A stretch of 64,000 nucleotides of DNA, taken from the NCBI GenBank assembly GCA_965140445.1, contig OZ223236.1, forward strand, positions 800,001 to 864,000, read 5' to 3'. Positions 9,226 through 16,740 of the stretch are shown here, one piece after another. A program made the position numbers and the translations under genes. The first letter of the stretch is position 1. Every line of letters starts with the position of its first letter. This stretch comes from Candidatus Ozemobacteraceae bacterium (GTDB taxonomy: Bacteria; Muiribacteriota; Ozemobacteria; Ozemobacterales; Ozemobacteraceae). The notes under the pieces were generated by a model. That model searched no databases and was not told the origin of the DNA. It worked only from the letters and a program-made list of their open reading frames with translations.

Positions 9226-10752
9226 CTATTTTTGTAATTTACTAAGAATTCTTCTTACTTCAGATAAGCCTGTTTCACCTTTTTCTAATGATTGGATAAG
9301 CCTATCCTGAATTTTAGCCCTCTGAAGTTTATTCGTTTGTGCTTCAATTTGCTTTACGTCTCCAGACATAATTGCGTCCATGAGATCTTTATCTGGAACA
9401 AGTATTTCATAAAGGGCTACTCGACCAAGGTATCCAGTATTTCGGCATTGTTCGCATCCAGTCGTTTCATTATACTGGCCTGTTTTGATTAAGTCTCTTT
9501 CACTTTCATCAAGATCTTGAGGCTTTACGTCTATCTTGGTCAGACAATGTTTGCAAAGCCTTCTTATAAGAATCTGGAAAACTACACCGGCAATTCCGCC
9601 ATAAAGAAGATAGGGAGGAACTTTCAGATTAAGAAATTGTCTGAAAACTTCATAAGGAGATTTAGCTCCCATTTGAGTCACTATTAGAATTCCGTTGTTG
9701 GCATAGTTAAATGCTGCCTGTGCAGTTTCTTCGTCGTTAAGGTTACCAAGCATCATTACGTCAGGCTCAGCTCTTGCAGCAGATCTTGATGCGGCCAATA
9801 ATGTAAGGCCTATGTAGCTTCTGGCCATGATCTGGCTAACTCCTGGAATAACGTTATAAACAGGATCTTCAACGGTAATGACAGACTTTTTAGTAGTATC
9901 AACCATCATTATAGCTGTCTGCATGGAAGTGGTTTTCCCTGAACCAGATGGACCCGCAAAAACTACCATTCCTGATGGATTGTCCATGAGTTCCTGAATT
10001 TTTTTTCTATCTTCATCTAGTGGAAAAACTTGTTCGGGAGTTGGCAATTTCTCATTATTGTTGAAAATCTTCAGGACAACCTGTTCGCCAAAAATGCTGG
10101 GGAAAAGAACTACTTTAATGTCATAAAGGTGCTCAGAAATTTTTATTAGAATTCTTCCATCTTGAGGCAGGCGCTTTTCTGAAAGATCTAATGCCGATAG
10201 CATTTTTATCCTGGCAACAGCTCTTACGTAAAGCTCCATTTCAATAGAATCAATCTGTTCATAGCTTTGCCCTTTTTGTAATTTTATCAGAGCATTTTCA
10301 CGTGTTGGCTGGATGATTAGTTTTGAGGCTTTTTCTTCTACTGCTTTGTTAAAAAGGTGGTTAACAAATTGGATGACTTTATTATTTGATGAAGAGAATT
10401 CTTCAAGAATTGTGTCGTAATTACTTTCACCTTTACCAACTTCGATTACACCCTCAGCTATATTTTCTGCAATTTTAACCAGCGCATGGTCCAGGTTGCC
10501 GCTGTGTTCTCCGTTTTTTATTGATTCAATGTAACTTTTTGTGAACACAGAAGGGAATGAGCCAAAAGATTCATACAACTTTTTCCCATTTTTTAGCATA
10601 TTGTTTGTTGTTTCAAGAATCTTGGCCAGTTCATTTTCTGAATTTTCTTCTCGTAGAATTTCCAGACTTTCAAGCAGTGGAATGCCAGAGCCAACAAGTT
10701 TTCCCAGTTTTTTAGTGAATTTACCCAGTTCTCCAGAGGTAATCTTTTTCAT
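9226..10752 (-). CDS. Fusion of a GspF/PilC cytoplasmic domain and a GspE/PilB-family ATPase with degenerate catalytic motifs
   Basis: N-term FTKKLGKLVGSGIPLLESL...GEHSGNLDHAL (T2SSF-like). Then ARIKMLSALDLSEKRLPQDGRI, Walker A GPSGSGKTT and Zn motif CKHC...CEQC. Walker B reads MLGNLND and the His box is absent. Confidence 0.85.
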   Translation of the reverse strand: MKKITSGELGKFTKKLGKLVGSGIPLLESLEILREENSENELAKILETTNNMLKNGKKLYESFGSFPSVFTKSYIESIKNGEHSGNLDHALVKIAENIAEGVIEVGKGESNYDTILEEFSSSNNKVIQFVNHLFNKAVEEKASKLIIQPTRENALIKLQKGQSYEQIDSIEMELYVRAVARIKMLSALDLSEKRLPQDGRILIKISEHLYDIKVVLFPSIFGEQVVLKIFNNNEKLPTPEQVFPLDEDRKKIQELMDNPSGMVVFAGPSGSGKTTSMQTAIMMVDTTKKSVITVEDPVYNVIPGVSQIMARSYIGLTLLAASRSAARAEPDVMMLGNLNDEETAQAAFNYANNGILIVTQMGAKSPYEVFRQFLNLKVPPYLLYGGIAGVVFQILIRRLCKHCLTKIDVKPQDLDESERDLIKTGQYNETTGCEQCRNTGYLGRVALYEILVPDKDLMDAIMSGDVKQIEAQTNKLQRAKIQDRLIQSLEKGETGLSEVRRILSKLQK

Positions 10753-10767
10753 TAGTTTTCTCCTTTT

Positions 10768-11244
10768 TTAACCAGCTTTTCGAGATTTAAGAAATATGAT
10801 GTTCTCATGGAGCTTTCTGGGCGCCCTTTCGTCAGCTCCTGTTCCTAGTTCTGCTATAAAATTAATCAGTTCAGATTTCAAAAATCTGATTTCGTTATCA
10901 AAAGTAAAATATGGCATCTTATGCAGCATATTTAAGACATTATGGGGTTGAACCTTTAGCAGTGATGCAGCCTCATCAACAGTTAGAATGTCTTGTTGCT
11001 GAATGTTGTCAGATGGTTCTTCATCACTATTTTCAATTAAACTAATTGCTTCATCGATGACTCGATTACTGCATTCAATAACTGGAAACTCGATTTCCAT
11101 AAGATCCTGGCAGAATTGACTAAAGCTTTTTTGGCAAAGTTTGCAATCTGTCATGTGTTGTTTCAGTTCATTTAAGGTTTCAGATGAATCTTCGTTGTAG
11201 TAAAGCTCCATCATTTGTTCTTCTGTGAGACATTTTTTATTCAT
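10768..11244 (-). CDS. Putative zinc-binding anti-sigma factor (HxxxCxxC) fused to an excisionase-type HTH
   Basis: HMTDCKLC ZAS motif; C-terminal ILTVDEAASLLKV...IRFLKSELINFI HTH_17-like; 4-nt overlap with the ECF sigma gene. Confidence 0.7.
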   Translation of the reverse strand: MNKKCLTEEQMMELYYNEDSSETLNELKQHMTDCKLCQKSFSQFCQDLMEIEFPVIECSNRVIDEAISLIENSDEEPSDNIQQQDILTVDEAASLLKVQPHNVLNMLHKMPYFTFDNEIRFLKSELINFIAELGTGADERAPRKLHENIIFLKSRKAG

Positions 11245-11780
11245 GATTCACCTCTATTTATATAGGTGCGGATTTTTTGTATAGCAAAAAGAACTCTGGA
11301 CTTTACTGTTGGAATTGGTAAATCCAATATTTCAGCAATTTCTTTAAACGTCAGATTTTGAAAATGCTTCAAAACAAAGGTTTCTTTAACCTGATCTGAT
11401 AATGAGTTCATTGCGGATTTTAAATCTTCATTTAGATCCAGACTTTCGCTGAAGCTTTCTACAAACATTTCTTTTTCAAAGTTATTTTCAGCAAAGTTCA
11501 GTTTCACAACTTTTTTCTGTTGTCTTTTGAATTGCAGAAAGCAGTTTCTGGTGACTCGATAAGCCCATGGAAGAAAATCAAACTCTGAATTATAGGTGTT
11601 TATTCCTGAATATATGCTCAGCAAGCTCTCCTGAAGGATGTCTTCAGAAAGGTTCCTGTCAGAACTCAGTCGGTATAAATAACCAAATAAAGGCTTCTTT
11701 AAGGCGGAAAAGAGCTTGTTTGCAACTCTTTTATTGCCTGATTGAAGTTCTTCTGCAAATTGTTTGAATATTTTTTCCAT
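11241..11780 (-). CDS. ECF-family RNA polymerase sigma factor
   Basis: Region 2 SEDILQES...FLPWAYRVTRN; region 4 LTFKEIAEILDLPIPTVKSRV. Confidence 0.92.
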   Translation of the reverse strand: MEKIFKQFAEELQSGNKRVANKLFSALKKPLFGYLYRLSSDRNLSEDILQESLLSIYSGINTYNSEFDFLPWAYRVTRNCFLQFKRQQKKVVKLNFAENNFEKEMFVESFSESLDLNEDLKSAMNSLSDQVKETFVLKHFQNLTFKEIAEILDLPIPTVKSRVLFAIQKIRTYINRGES

Positions 11781-12069
11781 TTCAAAAGGTATTATGCCGA
11801 AAAAACGAAAAAGGATTGAAATTATTTTTATTTTTTTTAAAAAACTTTAAAAAAACGGCCGATAAAGCATGAACAATAAAGTGAAAGAAAAAAAAATAAA
11901 ATTTGGAAAGAAATAAATTCCGTTTTTTGAATTTTTTTCTTATACTTGGTCAAACGATGGCGATTGAGACTTTTAATTTAGCTTGGACAGTACTTTTCAA
12001 GAGGATTATGCTCAGTTCCACAGTATTAAAAAATTTACAAGTAGATATAAGGAAAAGGAGTTGTCTTTT

Positions 12070-13416
12070 ATGAGTAATTACATTGATAAAATGATCACCT
12101 ACATCACCGAGAAATACCCTTGGGAAAAAGAATTCCTTCAGGCTGCAACTGAAGTTCTTGAATCTCTTCGCCCAGTAGTTGCCAAACATCCTGAACTTGA
12201 AGAAAACAAAGTTCTTGAAAGAATGGTAATTCCAGATCGTATTATCTCTTTTAGAGTCCCTTGGATGATGGATGACGGTTCTTTTGCTGTTAACCACGGT
12301 TTCCGCGTGCAGTTCAGCTCATGCCTCGGGCCATACAAAGGTGGTCTCAGATTCCACCCAACAGTAAACCAGAGCATTCTTAAATTCCTCGGTTTCGAAC
12401 AGATTTTCAAAAACGCTCTTACTGGCCTTCCAATGGGCGCTGGTAAAGGTGGATCTGATTTCGATCCTAAAGGAAAATCAGATAAAGAAGTTATGAGATT
12501 CACTCAGGCTTTCATGAGAGAACTCTTCAGACATATCGGTCAGGACACTGACGTTCCTGCTGGTGACATAGGCGTTGGTGGCCGTGAAATCGGTTACATG
12601 CTTGGTCAGTATAAAAAACTTGCTAACGTTCACCAGGGTGGCGTTCTCACTGGAAAATCAATTGCATGGGGCGGATCATTGATCAGACCTGAAGCAACTG
12701 GCTATGGTTGTGTTTATTTCGCTAGCGAAATGCTCAAAACCAAAGGTGAATCTTTCGAAGGCAAAACTGTTCTCGTTTCTGGTTCTGGAAACGTTGCTCA
12801 GTATGCTATCCAGAAAGTTAATCAACTCGGCGGAAAAGTTATCAGCATTTCTGATTCCTCTGGAACTATCATTGATAAAGACGGAATCAAAGGCGAAAAA
12901 TGGGAATTCCTCATGGAACTTAAAAACGTTAAACGCGGCCGCGTAAAAGAATATGCAGACAAATTTGGTGCAGAATTCCACGCTGGCAAACGTCCTTGGG
13001 GCCTTGTGACTGCTGATGTTGCTCTTCCTTGCGCAACTCAGAATGAACTTGATATCAACGATGCAAAAGCTCTCCTCGAAAAAGGTGTTAAATGTGTATC
13101 TGAAGGCGCTAACATGCCTACAACTCTTGATGCAACTAATCACCTCATCGAAAAAGGCGTTCTCTTTGGACCTGGTAAAGCTGCTAACGCCGGTGGTGTT
13201 GCTGTTTCTGGTCTTGAAATGTCACAGAACAGTCAGCGCTTGAGCTGGACTTCAGAAGAAGTTGATGCAAAACTTAAAGGCATCATGGTAAACATTCATA
13301 AGAATGCTTGCGAAATGGCTGAAAAATATGGAACTCCTGGTAACTATGTAAATGGTGCTAACATTGCTGGTTTCTGGAGAGTTGCTAGAGCTATGATCGA
13401 TCAGGGACTTGTATAA
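12070..13416 (+). CDS. gdhA: NADP-specific glutamate dehydrogenase
   Basis: GPYKGGLRFHP, GAGKGGSDFDPKGKS, DVPAGDIGVGGRE, GKAANAGGVAVSGLEMSQN. Start moved to ATG 12070 (RBS AAGGAG). Confidence 0.97.
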   Translation: MSNYIDKMITYITEKYPWEKEFLQAATEVLESLRPVVAKHPELEENKVLERMVIPDRIISFRVPWMMDDGSFAVNHGFRVQFSSCLGPYKGGLRFHPTVNQSILKFLGFEQIFKNALTGLPMGAGKGGSDFDPKGKSDKEVMRFTQAFMRELFRHIGQDTDVPAGDIGVGGREIGYMLGQYKKLANVHQGGVLTGKSIAWGGSLIRPEATGYGCVYFASEMLKTKGESFEGKTVLVSGSGNVAQYAIQKVNQLGGKVISISDSSGTIIDKDGIKGEKWEFLMELKNVKRGRVKEYADKFGAEFHAGKRPWGLVTADVALPCATQNELDINDAKALLEKGVKCVSEGANMPTTLDATNHLIEKGVLFGPGKAANAGGVAVSGLEMSQNSQRLSWTSEEVDAKLKGIMVNIHKNACEMAEKYGTPGNYVNGANIAGFWRVARAMIDQGLV

Positions 13417-13451
13417 TATTTATATTATTAGCCTCTTAGATTAAAAAACGT

Positions 13452-13486
13452 AATCCGGCTGCCGTATGGCAGCCGGATTTTATTTT
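13452..13486 (+). terminator. Intrinsic terminator between convergent gdhA and murJ
   Basis: 12-bp stem AATCCGGCTGCC-GTAT-GGCAGCCGGATT with a T-rich tail. Confidence 0.8.
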
Positions 13487-13530
13487 AGCTTATTAGCTGG
13501 ATTGCTTTTATAGGATTTTATTTAAATCCT

Positions 13531-15174
13531 TTATCTGCTGCTTTTTTTCAACTTAAGCTTTTTTAATACCATATCAATTGCTCTTTCAGCTTCTTCTATC
13601 CGAACAAGTTTGGATATCAGTATAAGTATAGTTGAACCGGCAATCAGACATATAATTAAACCGGTGAAAGCGATGAAAAAACTTTCCGGTTTAAGCTGAA
13701 AATAGTTTTGGAGCATTTGAGAAATTGGACTGAGCAACTTCCATTGGAAAAAGCCAGCTAATGAGGTGACAATCACAATTTTTCCTATTGATAAAAATTG
13801 TTTTAACCTGCCGAAGTTAATCAACCGTTTTTTCAAAAATACAAACAGCACCGCAGCATTTACCATTGAGCCAAAGGCCGTTCCCAGGGCTAAACCCCAG
13901 CAACCAAAAGGTTTTATGAATGCAAAGTTTAAAACTATATTTACAACAACAGCGGATATACTAGCCATTACCGGTATTTTTGTTTCATTTAGGGCATAAA
14001 AAGCAGGACCAAGAATTTTTACAACACAGAAGAAAACTAACCCTACCGAGTAGGCCCTAAGTGCATTTGCTGTAGCAATTGTGTCAGCTGGAGAAAATTT
14101 CCCATGTTGGAAAAGAACTCTGATTACAGGCTCTGCCAGTGCAAAAATAGAGAAACAGGCAAACAGGTTGATAAAAAAAGTTAGCCTGACAGAATCGTCG
14201 AGGGTGTTTCCCATATCATCTTTATTATTGGCAGCTGCTTGTCTTGAAATAACTGGCAATGTTGCCTGGGCAATTGCTACCCCAAAAAGTCCTAATGGAA
14301 GCTGCATGATTCTAAAGGAGTAGGTTAGCCAGCTGACAGCTCCATCCCCTAAAGAAGTTGCCAGGATTGTGCTGATAGCAATATTTATCTGTGTTGCGGC
14401 AAGGCCAACTGTTCCAGGGATAATTAGTTTTACAATTCTTCGAATTCCAGGGTCTTTAAGATTTACATACCATTTAAATCTAAACCCATGCCTAAACAGC
14501 GAAGGGGTTTGAACCAGAAACTGGAGTGTTCCACCCATCATAACCCCAATAGCCATTCCTGTTATTGCTGGAAAACCATAGGACTCTGCCAGTGGACAAA
14601 TTGTCCAGCCGGAAATAATCATTAGAAAATTAAGGGCAGCCGGGGCAATGGCTGGAATAAAAAATTCTCCCATTGAATTTAGAATCCCCATAGCCAAAGC
14701 AGACCATGAAATTACCATCAAAAAAGGAAACATTATTCTTGTCATGGAAACGGTGACGTTAAATTTTTCTGGATTACTTGCAAATTCAGGAGCAAGAATT
14801 CCAACAATGGCAGGCGCAAATAGTATTCCTAGCAGGGTTATGGGGCCTACAACCATAAAAAGAAAAAAGAAAGTGAGGTTGGTCAGCTTAAAAGCTTTTT
14901 CCTTTCCCTCTTGTTGAAGTATGCTGTTAAAGGTCGGGACAAACGCTGCGCTCATAGCACCTTCTGCGAATAAGTCTCTTAACAGATTAGGAATTCTAAA
15001 AGAGACATTAAATGCGTCGGTCCAGATTCCTGCACCAAACAGGTAGGCAAAAGTCTGGTCGCGCAAAAGACCGGCTATACGGCTTAAAAAAGTGGCAACT
15101 CCCATTATTGCTGCTGATCGGGCGATTCCACCTGAAGTCGCCCTGCTGGAGTCGAGCTTAGCTTTTTCTTCCAA
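13531..15174 (-). CDS. murJ: Lipid II flippase MurJ (MviN)
   Basis: ATFLSRIAGLLRD, FRIPNLLRDLFAEGAMSAAFVP, RIMQLPLGLFG; many TM helices. Confidence 0.95.
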   Translation of the reverse strand: MEEKAKLDSSRATSGGIARSAAIMGVATFLSRIAGLLRDQTFAYLFGAGIWTDAFNVSFRIPNLLRDLFAEGAMSAAFVPTFNSILQQEGKEKAFKLTNLTFFFLFMVVGPITLLGILFAPAIVGILAPEFASNPEKFNVTVSMTRIMFPFLMVISWSALAMGILNSMGEFFIPAIAPAALNFLMIISGWTICPLAESYGFPAITGMAIGVMMGGTLQFLVQTPSLFRHGFRFKWYVNLKDPGIRRIVKLIIPGTVGLAATQINIAISTILATSLGDGAVSWLTYSFRIMQLPLGLFGVAIAQATLPVISRQAAANNKDDMGNTLDDSVRLTFFINLFACFSIFALAEPVIRVLFQHGKFSPADTIATANALRAYSVGLVFFCVVKILGPAFYALNETKIPVMASISAVVVNIVLNFAFIKPFGCWGLALGTAFGSMVNAAVLFVFLKKRLINFGRLKQFLSIGKIVIVTSLAGFFQWKLLSPISQMLQNYFQLKPESFFIAFTGLIICLIAGSTILILISKLVRIEEAERAIDMVLKKLKLKKSSR

Positions 15175-15189
15175 AATTAGTCCTAACTA

Positions 15190-16623
15190 TCAACTTACCG
15201 GGTTTATGACCAGTATCTGATCTGTTTCTTTGATAATGTGGTTTCTGGGATTTACATCCAGTGGTTGTTTTTCTGGTTTTATTCCAACCAGTGTAAAGCC
15301 ATGATTTTTGTGTAAAACTGGCATTGCTTGATCAATTGGTAGCCCAACAAGGCTTTTTGGCGGCTCAATGAAAGTAAGTGTGTTTCCAGACTCTCGCGAG
15401 AGAAGGTCCTTGAAAAAAGCAAGCAAACCTTCGTGCATAGCTACTCTAGCCAGGAGTTTTCCAGAGACTTCACCCTGTATGACTACGTCTTCAACTCCGC
15501 CCATTTTCAGGTGTTCGGCATATTCAGAATGATATATTTCAGCGGAAGTGTGGATTTTTGGACTCAATCTTTCAATGGTTAAAGCAGCTAAAAGAGTTCG
15601 CGCATCTATGTCGCGGGTTGATCGGTTTTCTCCTGGTTCGGAAAGAATGATTGCTGCGGTAGCTCTTTCTACGCCAGCTTTTTTGAGGGTTTCCATTCTT
15701 GTGAAGTCTTCTTTTAAGATGCTGATTCTCTCAGACTGAATTTTTTTTAAGGAAAGCGAATTGAGGTCAGCTACTTCTGAGACAAGTAATATCTCGGAGT
15801 CAGAGAAAGCCGGATCCAAAAGAAATTCTGTTGCCAGAATTGAGGCTTTGTTGCTGAATCCGCATATGATTATATGGTTTTTTAATTCGTCTGGATTAGA
15901 AGCCTTATGCATAGCACTCTCCTTGAGTTTTTCTATCATTATTGCCGAGAATGTCCCTGTCAGCATCGCGAAAACTCCCAGTTCAAAAATCAGGAGCAGC
16001 AAAAATACGATTTTTCCTCCAATGGTTTGAGGGTAATCAGCATATTCTCCCGCCATGAGTGAGAAAAGGGATTTCCAGAATGCATCTGTTGCATTCATCA
16101 TGTTTGGAGCATTTCCCACTTCAAATTGTGTTAATCCAACAGCTCCAAATATAACAGCGAACAGGGTAAAGCCTAGAATGATTCCATATTCGACAAAACG
16201 TCCCTCTATAACCTTGCCGAAAGCGGCAAACCGTCTTTGGAAAATGGCTCCAAGGGAAAAGATACGAAAAAGTCTTAAGAGCCTTAAGACTCTGCTGATA
16301 CGGAAAATTCTAAGCATTGGTAATACTGCCAGAATATCAACCCAGTAATTTCTAAGAAATTTTTTGGTTGTTTCACTGATAAGCCACCTTAAGGTTAGCT
16401 CCAGAATAAATATGGCAGTAAGAATATCATTACACTGTTCAACTTGAATCATAACGGCAGGGCTGAGCTCAGCAAAGGTTTCAATAAGTATCAAACCTAC
16501 CGAAAGCAAAATAAGAACAACAATTGAAAGACCGAAAACCGGTGATTCAACGATTTTCCTTATTCCTCTGAAAGACTTCTTTTCTACTTCTAAGCCGTAT
16601 ATGAAATTAACCCTTTTATCCAT
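15190..16623 (-). CDS. Voltage-sensor-containing ion channel with C-terminal RCK (TrkA-N) domain
   Basis: S4 helix LRIFRISRVLRLLRLFR; pore helix FWKSLFSLMAGEY; RCK motifs NHIIICG, LKKAGVERA, DARTLLAALTIE. Confidence 0.85.
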   Translation of the reverse strand: MDKRVNFIYGLEVEKKSFRGIRKIVESPVFGLSIVVLILLSVGLILIETFAELSPAVMIQVEQCNDILTAIFILELTLRWLISETTKKFLRNYWVDILAVLPMLRIFRISRVLRLLRLFRIFSLGAIFQRRFAAFGKVIEGRFVEYGIILGFTLFAVIFGAVGLTQFEVGNAPNMMNATDAFWKSLFSLMAGEYADYPQTIGGKIVFLLLLIFELGVFAMLTGTFSAIMIEKLKESAMHKASNPDELKNHIIICGFSNKASILATEFLLDPAFSDSEILLVSEVADLNSLSLKKIQSERISILKEDFTRMETLKKAGVERATAAIILSEPGENRSTRDIDARTLLAALTIERLSPKIHTSAEIYHSEYAEHLKMGGVEDVVIQGEVSGKLLARVAMHEGLLAFFKDLLSRESGNTLTFIEPPKSLVGLPIDQAMPVLHKNHGFTLVGIKPEKQPLDVNPRNHIIKETDQILVINPVS

Positions 16624-16630
16624 GCAGGCA

Positions 16631-16659
16631 ATTTTAGTTTAGCAAGCCCATAAACGCAA
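16631..16659 (-). promoter_or_regulatory. sigma70-type promoter of the ion channel gene (probably leaderless transcript)
   Basis: TTGCGT-17-TAAAAT, 7 nt before ATG 16623, with no SD sequence. Confidence 0.5.
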
Positions 16660-16700
16660 TAAGGTTTTTTTGCCAGTATTTGCGGGTACCCTTAAAAGCG

Positions 16701-16730
16701 TGGACAAAGTTTTCTATAGATGGGTATAAT
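16701..16730 (+). promoter_or_regulatory. sigma70-type promoter of the minor-pilin operon
   Basis: TGGACA-18-TATAAT, 10 nt before ATG 16741. Confidence 0.45.
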
Positions 16731-16740
16731 ACTGAGAACT

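Noticed and set aside
11983..12069. Extended N-terminus of GdhA
   Set aside because: ATG 12070 with an AAGGAG RBS gives a family-typical length.
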